A stretch of DNA of 64,000 nucleotides from the human T2T-CHM13v2.0 reference genome, Homo sapiens: the NCBI RefSeq assembly GCF_009914755.1, contig NC_060925.1; one strand, given 5' to 3'. This document shows positions 27,189 to 39,179 of the stretch, one piece after another. The notes beneath the pieces are model-generated. The model searched no databases and was not told the DNA's origin. It saw only the letters and a list, made by a program, of their open reading frames with translations. The position numbers and the translations under genes were made by a program. The number at the start of each line of letters is the position of its first letter. Position 1 is the first letter of the stretch.

Positions 27189-30100
27189 GTGTTCCTAGAA
27201 GTGAGATAAATGAGAAGCCTACTGAAATCTTACTTAATTTTTATAAGCAGAAAAGTTCTAGGTCAAGTGAAGGAAACTCTAACTTGAACGAAAAGAAGAG
27301 AGAGTCATCCTTCCTAAGTCAATTCCTAGACTTGAGCTTGTTTATCAACCCAGAACACCTTAAATTAAGGTATCAGCCACGTCCCTTGGGGGAAGGACTG
27401 TGGTACACTATCAAAAATGTATTCGGCTAATCCTTTTTCCAGCCTTTCCCAAAGTGACCTACAGTCTTTTACCAGAGTAACTGTGCATGGAGGAAAGGAA
27501 ATAATCAGAACTTTTAGAGACTGCTGGACACTGGCTCTGAACTGACACTAAGTCTAGGAGACGCAAAATGTCACTGTGACCCACAGGTTAGAGTAGGGGC
27601 TTATGAAAGTCAGGTGACCATTGGAATCTCAGTTCTGGTTCACCTCACAGCAGATTCAATGTGTCCCTGAACCCATCCTGTGACTATTTCCCCAGTTCCA
27701 GGGTGCATAATTGGACTAGACATACTCAGTAGCTGGCAGAATTCCCACATTGGTTTCCTGACCCATACAGTGAGGGGTGTTATGATGGGAAAGACCAAGT
27801 GGAAGACACTAGAATTTCCTGTACCTAGGAAAATAGTAAGCCAAAAGCAATATAATATTCCTGGAAAGATTACAGCAACTAGTGCTGCATTAAAGACTTG
27901 TAGGATGCAGAGGTGGTGATTCCCACCACATCTCGATTCAACTCTCCTATTTGGCTTGTGCAGACCACAAATGGATCTTGGATAATGACAATGGATTATC
28001 ATAAGCTTAACCACGTGGTGACTCCAACTGCAGCTGCTATACCAGCTGTGGTTTTACTGCTTGAGCAAATTAACACATTCCCCTGTACCTAGTATGCAGC
28101 TGTTTATCTGGTAGATGCCTTTTTTCTCCATCCTTGCCAATAAAGACCATCAGAAGCAGTTTGTTTTCAGTGGGCAAGGCCAGCAATGCACCTTCCATGT
28201 CCTAGCTCAGGGGTATATCAACTCTCTAACCCTATACATAATTTAGTTTGCAGTGCTTTTGATCACCCTGCGCTTCCACTAGATTCTACATTATCAATTA
28301 CATTGATGATATTATGCTAATTGGACCCAGGGAGCAAGAAATAACAACAACTTCAGACTTACTGGTAAGGCATTAACATGCCAAAGAGTAGGAAATCAAT
28401 ATGACAAATTCTGGAATCTACTATCTTGTTAAAATTTCTAATGGTCCATTGTTGGGGATATGTTGAGATTTTTCTTCTAAGGTGGAGGACAATTTGTTAC
28501 ATCTGCCACTTCTACAAATGGCACCATGCCTAGTAAGCTTGGATTTTGGAGGCAACATAATTCTCATTTGGGTGTGTTACTTCTTAAATGAGAGATAGAA
28601 TTTAAATCTAAATCAAAATTTATGCTTTAAAGGAATTTCAAATGGTAAAAATGATCTGTAGAATTGATTTTTGTACATCTATTTGGTATCCTGAAACTTT
28701 ATTGAATTCATTTATCAAATTTACTGAGGGACTCGGAGAGTTGATAGTTTTGACTGGTGCTCAGAAAAGGAGAAAGGTCTGCAACAGATCCAGGCCGCTA
28801 AGCAAGCTCCTCTGCTACTAGAACATATGATCCAGCGGATCCAATAGTACTTGAAGTGTCAGTGGTAGATAAAGATGCTGTTTGGAGCATTTGATAGGCC
28901 AGTATAGGTGACTGACAGCACAGTTCCTCAAGATTTCGGAGCAAAGCTCTGCCATTCTCTGAAGATAAATAGACAACTTCTCTCCTTTTGATAAACAGCT
29001 CTTGGCCTGCTGAGACTTAGTAGAGACTGAACACTTAACCACAGTGAGAGTTATCTGATGCACCAAGCCATAAAATCGGACGAGCTAAGCAGCACTTCAT
29101 CAAATAGAAATGGTATATATGTGATTGATCCTAAGAAGGCCCTGAAGAAACAAGTAAGTTATATGCAAAAGTGGCCCAACTGTCCATGGTACCCACTCCT
29201 GCTTCACTTCCTTCTGTCTCTCAACCTGCCCTTGTGGTCTCATGGGGGAGTTCCCTACCATCAGTCAACAAAGGAAGAGGAGACTGGGGCTTGGTTTATA
29301 GATGCTCGCGCGTGATATGCAGGCATTACTCAAAAGTGGAAAGCGGCAGCATAATAGCCTTATTCTGGGGCATCCCTGAAGAACAGTGGTGAAGGGAAAT
29401 ATTCCCAGTGGGCAGAACATTGAGCAGTACACCTAGTTGTTCACTTTTCTGGAAGAAGAAATGTCCAGATGTGTAATAATATACCAATTTATTAGCTGTG
29501 GCCAATGGCTTGGCTGGATGGTTAGGAGCTTGGAAGAAACATGACTGAAAAATTCATGACAAGGAAATTTGAGGAAGAGTATCAGGATAGACCTCTGTGG
29601 GCAGAAAATATAAATATATGTGTGCCATGTGAATGTTCAGTAAAGAGTGACCTCAGCAGAGAAGAGTTTTACAAATCAGGTGGATAGGATGACCTGTCCA
29701 GTGGTTACCAGTCAGCCTCTTTCCTGAGACACCACTGTCATCATCGAATGGGCTCATGAAAGAAGTGGCCATGGTGTCAGAGATGGAGAGACAGAGGTTA
29801 TGCATGGCTCAGCAACATGGATTTCTACTCACCAAGGCAGACCTGACTGTGGTTCCTGCTGAGTGTTTAATCTACTAGTAGCAGAGATCAACAATTTTTC
29901 CAACATGGCATCATTTATTTGGGTGTTCAGCCTATTACATAGAGGCAAGTTGATCCTATTGGTCCACCTCCATCAGGGAAGGGGCAGCGCTTTGTTCTTA
30001 TTGAAACAGATCCTTACTCTATTTAGATACAGTTTGCCTTCCTTGCATACAATGCTTCTGCCAAAACTACCATTCATGGACTTACAGAATGCCTTATTCA

Positions 30101-30506
30101 CCGTTATGGTATTCCACACAGCATTGCTTCTGATCAGGGAACATACCTCACAGCAAAAGCATGGGGCAATAAGCCCATGCACATGGGTCTTAACCATATT
30201 TTCCACCATACTGAACAGCTGGTTTGACAGAGCAGTGGAATGGCCTTTTGAGAGCTCAGTTACAGCACCAGCTAGGTGGCAATACTTTTCAGGGCTGGGA
30301 AAGGTTTTCCTAGGCTATATATGCTCTGAATCAGCATCCAATATACAGTGCTATTTCTCCCATAGCCAAGATTTTTGAGGTCAGGAATAAAGGGTGGAAA
30401 TGGAAATAATACTACTTAAAATTACCCCCTAGTAACCCATTCACAAAATTTTTGCCACTTTGTAGTAAGCCCAAAGCTGTCTCTCTGAAGAATCCCGACT
30501 AATACA
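27189..30506 (+). mobile_element. Decayed ERV-L internal region (gag end, protease, RT, RNase H, integrase) ending in a short MLT2 3'-terminal stub
   Basis: Protease LLDTGSELT from 27521; PVPGCIIGLDILSSWQN; RT YIDD at 28299-28310; many stops and frameshifts; ends gtctctctgaagaatcccgactaataca. Confidence 0.85.
28585..28720 (-). repeat. Inverted copy of 16710-16845 inserted into ERV-L pol
   Basis: Reverse complement matches 16710-16845 with 6 mismatches in 136 bp by manual count. Confidence 0.95.
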
Positions 30507-31199
30507 GCTATTGCCACTTTTTACATGAATCGCTGTTCAATCATATTCAATGTTCTCCGTGAGAGCACATTCTCTGTGAATGGAGTATGAGAATTTAGGT
30601 CTTTCTGCATAGTGATTTTCTTGTTCTGTCTTCCTTTTCTTTTGTGGTTCTGTTTTCACATTTAATTTTTAAAATGTAACCATGAGTTTTAAATAATAAA
30701 TTTACGGGCAATCTGCAAAAATTTAGTAACACTTTTGTGAATAGTTTATAACCCTTCATGAATGATGTACAGTTTATTTTTTTTATTTGGAATATGCATT
30801 TGGATAAGTTTGTCTAACATTTAGGAGACTGTCAAAGAAATTCTAGAAACATTTTGCTAATTGATTTCCTTTATCTAAACTGATTATTAAAATGGTCACT
30901 CAATATTCAATCTTCTAAGTGAGTGTGTGTTAAGTGAAAATAAAGACCAGCTCACTTAAAATACCAGAAGACTTTAAAATGAAACTCGCTGGGTAAAGTG
31001 AGTAAAGGTTACATATATAGATTTTCCCCCATAAATTATTTATTTTCACTTATCGGCATTATCAAGAATATAGTTTTAGCTAAGTCTCCATCAAAGCTGT
31101 TTTTCGTCTTCTCTTCCTTCTCCTAACTTGTTTTACAACTTGGGAAAACAGCTGTCAATTGAAGTCACTTGTGTGTGGATAACGTCACTTCTTTTTCAG

Positions 31200-31432
31200 C
31201 CCAAACTAGGTCATGTCCTATTCATAAATAGTACTTGCTTTTTCCTCATAATACTTAACGACAGTTTAAAAACTGATGTTTATTTGTATTATATTTATTA
31301 CCTGATGTCTTCTCCCAAAATTATCCAAATCTTTGAAGGCAGGACCACAATTTTCACATTATTATATTCTAGGTTTCTGGCATAGAGACTGGCTTAAAGA
31401 AAGACTTCTATAAGCATTTGATGAATGAAAGA
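31200..31432 (+). mobile_element. L2 3' end
   Basis: ctttgaaggcaggacc...ctggcatagag...catttgatgaatgaaagaat. Confidence 0.55.
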
Positions 31433-34400
31433 ATTAAAAAGTTGATATGTGGTAATAATGTATTTGCATGTGCACCTTAGACTTTAATCACTTAGATGCA
31501 GGATTTTTTTTCTTTCATAGTGAAAGAATTTAGCACAGCAGATATACAATAAGATTTTTGAAGAGAGAATTGTTTTATACACAAAGGAAAAATAATGAAT
31601 ACTCCTAGACATTTATTTCATTATGTTCAGTATTCACAGAGTAAATTTGAAAATATTTTTGTTTTGTTTTATAAGGCCTATAGTTAAATGCAATTTACAA
31701 ATAGATGTGAACTTTATGAGAACAAGAAGAGTTTTCTTTTTCTTGGATTTATCAAGACTATAGTGCTCTTTATGAGTAAATGAGCAAATGCTGAATATAA
31801 TAAAGTAAGTTAAAAATTTGAAAGGCTTATGCATTTATTCACTTTTAGATTTATTTACCAAGGTGTATCAAAATGAGTATGAATGAATGATTCAGAGAGT
31901 TTGTTTTTCATTGTCTATTCAGAAAAGCTTCAATAGATAAAAATTACTGTTTTGAGGTCAACTACCAACAGTTAGAGAACTACTATAATTTGTTTGGTCA
32001 TAGTAAATGAGACCAAATCAAACATTTATTTATTATGGAATTTAAAACTGTCTAGATGAGTTTCCTGGAAATAGACAGACTTGAAAATGGAGATTATACA
32101 AAGAAAATAATATGGGATTGAGGAATAGGATGTTCGTGCATATCATTTACAATACTGAGAGGGAAAATAAGTGGTATATTGAGTTCAGCATGTGAAAAAT
32201 GTTTTGGGAAAAGCATAACAATTTTTGGAGGGTAAAAGGCATTCTGTAAAACAGCCATTCATTGATAATGATTTTGTCAATTGGCTCTAAATTGCAATAA
32301 AGCCTGATATTAGTCAGGTTTATTGTTTAGCTGAACCATTTTTCACTTAAAATGGGTAATTTAGCTATGAATCTGTTTTTCCTTTTGTGGAATTTTAGAT
32401 GTTTATTTTCAAATGTAATATAACTACAATGCATCAATAGAAAAGTATAACTTTAAGAGAGTCATCTTAATCTAGATTTACAGAAGAATATGTATGATGC
32501 TTAGTATTCTTTAATGTTGTAGCTCAAACATTTGTGGGAACACTGAGCAGAAGACATTAGCTTGATTTTGAAGTCCTTAATTTCCAAACATTTTGGTAAT
32601 TTTATTGTGTATAACCTCTTATAGTTCAGGTCATTTTTGCAGATGCCAAATTCAAGAAAATTGAATATCTAAAATGAACGGTAAAAGAGCATAGCTATAT
32701 TTTTCCTTAGCTAAGAAATATTAACAATAAAATGTCTTTCCTTATAAAATCTCTCATAATTTCTCAAAGTAAATGTTTTGGTTTATGATACAAAACTTGA
32801 TTTCCTTTTTTATTGAAAATAAATTTATATATTCAAGTTATAAATACAGACATTTGAATTAGATTAACTTTGCTGAATATAAATGTAATTAAATGAAAGT
32901 TATATGATGGTATCTTCTATAATGTCAAGAATATCACATCTTAAGTGTGAAGAGAATGAGCACAGAAAGTTTCTCAAAGCTTCCTAGTAAAGCAATAATA
33001 AATAATTACATTTTGTACAATGAGATACAGATAACATAATACAATAGTTCAATTCTATATTCATAATAAGGAAATAAAATAATAAATTTTTCAAATATAT
33101 CTAAGTACACCTAAGTCATTTTCTTTCACTCGGTCCTTGCTTTTCATTGAGATATAGTTTATCAGAGGTACACTGTCAACATTACAGCACAAAATATTTA
33201 TTCTCAAGCCTCCAAAGAGGACTAATCCTGAAATAAGTGAATAATGCTTAGGAACTTATATTTTAGATATTTCACTTGTAGATGGACTTTTATGAGGTTT
33301 TATAAACCAACAAAAGCAACCAGGTTGCTAAGCATGTGAGTTAAGGAGAGATGTTGTATAAGACAAAATGTATTAAAGTGTTGGGCTCACAATTTCCAGT
33401 CATTCTGCCAGAAAAGGGGCATTTGGAATTTGCTCAGTCAGCTAATTCTCCATCCAGACTGCTTATTCCCTAACCTCCAAATCCTCCCCTTCCACTGAGG
33501 CTCTTGAGAAGAACACAAAATCTCAGCTATAACGTCTGCCTGGACTTGCTCTTAGAAATTCACTGTTTCTCTGAGGCATCTTACACGGTTACTGAGTCAT
33601 AGCCTTTCCGAGGCTAAAGAGTCATCGAAGCTTCCTTATAATCTAGCCCAGTATATCGGGTTTGGAGATTATGTGGGGTTTTGGGCCAAAGCTATGGGTA
33701 GAAATATAGAATTTGTCTGAAGTTGTACCTGGCCTTTGTATACTTCCTAAAAACCTGGTATGATTTATCAATTATTTGGAGATTTTAGGTTCTAATTACT
33801 TCTTTTTATTGAATTATGACTAATCTATGTCATAAATATCTTTGTGTTGTTTTTAAGAAATGAAAATATACACATACAGGCACACAAACATATTAAAACA
33901 CCAATCAGAGAGAGAAGTGCATTTTCACTTTACACTCTATATGTGGTAAAACTACTCTCTTTGGACTGATTGTGATATTAGAAGTCAAACAAAGATTATT
34001 ACATTATTTCCAATTTAAGCTTTTTCTTCATTTTCCAATAATTGCATTTCTGAAGGCTCAAAGATATACTCTCAAATTTTAAGAACCTTGGGGAAATTAG
34101 CCAGTTTTGTACTAATAAATTAATGATAGTGTTGAAATAACCTTTTTCCAAGGTAACATAAAAGGCTGTAGCAATGCTCTACTTTCTTAGGTATAATACC
34201 TTTTTAATTGACCTGAAATAAAATGTGTATATTTTCCTTTCAGAAAAAGTAATTTGGCTTAATTTCAGTGAATGACATTGTATTTGGTAATCCACAACAA
34301 CAAAGATATTTATGTATTTTTCCCATTCTTAATCATCTCTTAGACTGCTATTGTCCAAGGCTACTGTTAGTTTCTCTTTAAGCAACTGATACATATATTG

Positions 34401-35109
34401 AGAGATGCAGGCAAGGATGTTGATCTGTGTGATATTATAAAATATAGTACAATGGTTCAAACTCTGCTTCAGAAAGCTACAATATCAACTTCTCTTCCCT
34501 ATAAAATAAAAAGTTTTAAAAATACTCAAGGTTATAATTTTATTTTCTTTCTAGCTGTTTCCATTATTTCATTAAGTAAATATATACTTTATTGCAACAT
34601 ATTATACTTTATAGGATCTTCAAGGAATATTCATGAAGTAGTCAAGGAACTCTGTCTTTAAGGAGTTTCTATTTTATGCATACTTAATTTTGCTAATAGA
34701 GAATAATAATGTAATATAAATAAAATAAGCAAAAGCACATAGTAATTTAGATGGACATATCTGACTCCAAAAATTATAACAAAGGTGAAAGTGATCAAAA
34801 CCCTAAGGCATATTTTTTGTATTATATTTTATGTAATTATTGCATTGTGTTTGGCTCATAATTGACAATCAATAAATGTTGGTGAAATTAATAGATGATG
34901 ATGGACAAGAAGAAGAAACCTGATCTAAATTGAGAAAGAAATAATAATTCCATCAATAATCTCTTATTATAGGAATGTGTGAAATATCTGGGGGACATAA
35001 AATATGCCCCTAGAGGAATAAAATATGTCAGCAGTCTTTAGGAAGGTTATAATCTAGTTAATCAACTTTGCCAGTCACTGTTGGTTCCCTAGTCTCTTTT
35101 CCTCCATGG

Positions 35110-35305
35110 GCTGCAATGATCCTTTCCTAAATCCTTTAGAGATAGTATGACCCTGTCTATACCTTGATTTTGATTTTATAGCCTCCAGACTGTTAGAGAA
35201 TATTTCTGTTGTTTTAAGCCACCCAGTTTGTGGCGACTTAAAACAACAAAAAATACTGAACAACATTGTAACAATTTGTTACAATTGCCACAGGAAACGA
35301 ATGTG
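35110..35305 (+). mobile_element. MLT1 LTR 3' fragment with a fold-back insertion
   Basis: accttgattttgattttatagcctccagactgttagagaatatttctgttgttttaagccacccagtttgtgg...caggaaacgaat. Confidence 0.7.
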
Positions 35306-35672
35306 AAGTGTTAGGAAGGAAAGAAACATATTGAGGAAGGAAGGAAATGTATATAGAATAAATATAAAATAATTTGAGGCACCCACAATACTTAAACAAA
35401 TTGTTCATTATAAAAAGATGGAGTTGCAAATACATTTGCCTGTTGATATTGTAAGACTGCAAAAAGGAATATGGCTTCTAAAGTCTCAGCAAGGCTCAGA
35501 GAACTTTTCAATTTCAAGACCCTCTTCTTGGCTAATTTTCTTTCATTTTTTAATTTAACTCATACCTGTGAAAGGTTACCGAGAAGTTTCTCATAACTCA
35601 GACTTGAGTTAATTTTCTGATTCATATTCTACCTCTAGCATTTCCTTAGATGGATGAATTTGGGAAAGTTAC

Positions 35673-36155
35673 TGTATTAGTCTGGTAAGGCTGCAGTCTT
35701 AGTTACTTGGGTTGTTGCAACAAACTACCAGAGACTGATGGCTTATAAAACACAAAAATGTATTTCTCCCAGTTCTGAAAGCTGGAAGTCTGAGATCAGG
35801 GTACCAGGATGGTCAGGTTCCGGTAAAGGTCCTTTTTTCCTCACATAACAGAAAGGGTGAGAGAGCTCTCTGGAGTCTCCTTGAAAGGAGAACTAATCCT
35901 ATTAACGAGGGCCCCACGCTTATGACCCAATAATCTCCCCAAGAGCCCACCTCTTTATACCATCCCACTGAGCTTAAAATTTCAAGATATACATTTCTGT
36001 GGGGAAACAAATTCAGTCCATGTTTTACTCCATCCTTCACCTCCTATAATTCATATCCTTCATTCCATCTCAACAACCCCAAAAGCCTTAACTAGTTTCA
36101 TCTTCAACTCTGAAGTTTAAAGTCCAAAGTCTCATTTAAATATCATCTAAATCAG
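35673..36155 (-). mobile_element. MLT1A-type LTR plus adjacent MaLR internal fragment
   Basis: cagttctgaaagctggaagtctgagatcagggtacc...aaattcagtcca, then gtccaaagtctcatttaaatatcatctaaatcaga. Confidence 0.7.
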
Positions 36156-39100
36156 AGCCAGAAGGGTGGAGCAAGATGGTGGAACAGAAGGCTCCACTGA
36201 TTATCACCCCCACAGAGACATCTATTTAACAACTGTCAACACACACAAAAAAGCACTTTCATAAGAACCAAAAATCAGGTGAGCACTCATAGTACCTGCT
36301 TTTAACTTTATAACACTGAAAGAGGCACTGAAGAGGTAGGAAAAACAGTCTTGAATTACCAATGCCACCCCTCCCCCATATTCTGGTAGTGGTGGGGTGG
36401 TGCAGAGTGTTCTGTGCTCTGGGGAGAGGGAGACCACAGCAGTTGTGAGGCATAAAACTCAGTCCTGCCCTGTGATAGCAGAAAAAAAAAAAACTGGACC
36501 AAACTCAGCTGACTCCCGCCCATGAAGGGAGCGTTTAAACCAGCCCTAGTTAGAGAGGAATCACTGATCCCAGAAGTCCAAATTTGAATTCCCATAAACC
36601 TTGTCACTTTGGGGCCAAAGTGCTCTGGGTCCCAAAATAAACTTGAAAGAGAATCTAAGCCACAAATACTGCAAATCCTGGGTGAGTCCTAGAGCTGAAC
36701 TGGGCCCAGAACCAGAGGACTGGAGGACACATGATCTACTGGGACACCAGCCAGGTAGCAAGGGAGTGTTGGCATCACCCCTCCCCTAACCTCAGGCTAC
36801 ACAGCTCACGGCTACAAAAAAAGACCCCTTCCTTTCACTTGAGGAGGGGAGAGGGAAAATTGGGGAGATCTTTGCCTTGCCTCTTGGATACCAGCTCAAC
36901 CACAGAAGAATAGGGCATTGCTCAGAGTCATGAGGCCCCTGTTCCAGGCCCTAGCTCCTGGATGGCATTTCTAGTCACATCTTGAGCCACGGGGAAACCC
37001 TCTTTCTTGAAGGGAAGAAACTAGTACTGGTAGAATTAATAACCTGCTAACTAAAGAGCCCTTGGCCCCTGAACAATCAGCAGTGATACCCATGTGCTAC
37101 TATGTTAAGAGCCATGGCTGACACTCTGAGATTTGCTGGCTTTGGGTGAGAATCTGCAGATTCCCAGCTGTGATGGCTATGGGGCAAGACTCCTTCTGCT
37201 TGAGAAAAGCTGAGGGAAAAGTAAAGGTGACTTTATCTTGCACCTCAGGTACCAGCTCAGCAACAGAGGGGTAGAGCACCAAGTGGGCTCTTGGAGTCCC
37301 TGGTTCCAAGACTTGGCCCTTCGATGGCACTTCTGGACTTACCCTGGACCAGAGGGGAACCCACTGTGCTATAGGGTGAATCCCAGGCCAGGCAGCATTT
37401 ACCACAAGCTGACTAAAGAGCCCTTGGGTCTTAAGGGAACATTGGCAATAGTCTGGCAGTACTTCCTCTGAGCCTGTGGTGGTGGTGGTCACATGGTGAG
37501 GCTTCTCTGCCTTTGAAAATGGGAGAGAAGAGTGGGAAGGACTGTGTCTTGAGGTTTGAGTGCCAGCCAAGCTGCAGTGCATTAAAACACCAGGCAAACT
37601 TTTAAGTTTTTGACTGTAGTACCTGGCCCCTGGTGCCTCTGGACCTGCCCAGGACCTGGGGGAACTCCTTGCCATGAAGGGAAGTAAACTGTCCTGGTTG
37701 GCCTTGCCACTTGCTGAGTATAGGAACCCAAGGTCTTGAGTGAACATAGGCGGTAGCCAGGGAATGGTTAAATCAGGCCTTGGGTGAGACTCAGTGCTGT
37801 GCTGGCATCAGGTCTGAACCAGTGCAGTCCTAGTCGCGGTGGCCACAGAAGTGATTTTGTCACTCCACCCCCAACTCCAGGTAGTTCAGAACAAAGAGAC
37901 TCCCTTTGCTTGGGAGAAAATAAGGAAGGAAAACAAGAGACTCTGCCTGGTAATCCAGAGAATTCTTCAGGATTTTGTCTAAGACCATCAAGGCAGTATC
38001 TCTGAGTCTTCAAGAACCACAGCATCACTGGGTTTGTGGTGCCCCATAAAGCAGATGCAGCTTACAGCACAACATCCAAATCTTTTAGAATATCTGGAAA
38101 CAGTAGGAGTAGGTTTACTTATATCAGAAAAAAATAGATTTTAAGACAAAAGCTGTAAGAAGAGACAGAGAAGGTCACTATGTAATGACCAGTGATTCAG
38201 CAAGAGATATAATAATTTTAAATATATATGTACACAACAGTAGAACACCCAGGTAAATAAGGCAAATATTATTAGAGCTAAAGAGAGAGATATATCCCAA
38301 TACAATATTAGCTGGAGATTTCGAAACCCCACTTTCATAATTGGACAGATCTTTCGAACAGAAAATCAACAAAGAAACATCGAACTTAATCTTCACTATC
38401 AACCAAATGGACCTAATAGATATTTTAAAAATATTTCATCCAATGGCTGAAGAATACATATTCTTTTCTTTAGCACACAGCTCATTCTCAAGGATAGATC
38501 ATATGTTAGGTCACAAAACAAGTGTTTAAACATTTAAAAAAAAAAAACCTGAAATAATATCAAGTAACTTCTCTTACCACAATGGAACAACACTAGAAGT
38601 CAATAACAAGAGGAATTTTGGAAGCTATACAAACACATGGAATTAAATAATATGCTTCTGAATTACTAGTGGGTCGATGAATAAATTAAGAATATTTAAA
38701 AGATTATTGTGACAAATTAAGATTATTGTGAATAAATTAAGAAGAATATTTAAAAGATTATTGTGACAAAAGATAAAAAAAACACAGCATACCACAACTT
38801 ATGAGATACAGCAGAAACAATACTAAGAGGCAAGTTTACAGTTATGAGTACCTACATTAAAAAAGAAGACAGACTTCAAATAAACAACCTAATGATGCAT
38901 CTTTAAGAACTAGAAAAAGCAAGAGCAAACCAAAGCCGAAATTAGTGGAAGAAAATAAATAATAAAGATTAGAGCAGAAATAAATGAAATTGAAATGAAG
39001 AAAACAATACGAAAGATCAATGAAACAAAAAGTTGGTTTTTTGAAAAGTTAAACAAAATTGAGAAATCCTTAGTGAGACTAGGTAAGGAAAAAGGGAGAT

Positions 39101-39179
39101 CCAAATAAATGAAATCAGAGGTGAAAAATGAGACATTACAACTGATACCACAGAACTTCACCAGATCATTAGTGGCTAC

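Noticed and set aside
27500-30400. Domesticated ERV-L protease/RT gene
   Set aside because: Numerous stops and frameshifts plus a 136-bp insertion; only short fragmentary ORFs remain.
36222-38028. ORF cluster including a 215-aa minus-strand ORF (ORF0-like?)
   Set aside because: Within an old L1 5' UTR; no recognisable protein similarity, and ORF0 is described for younger L1PA elements.
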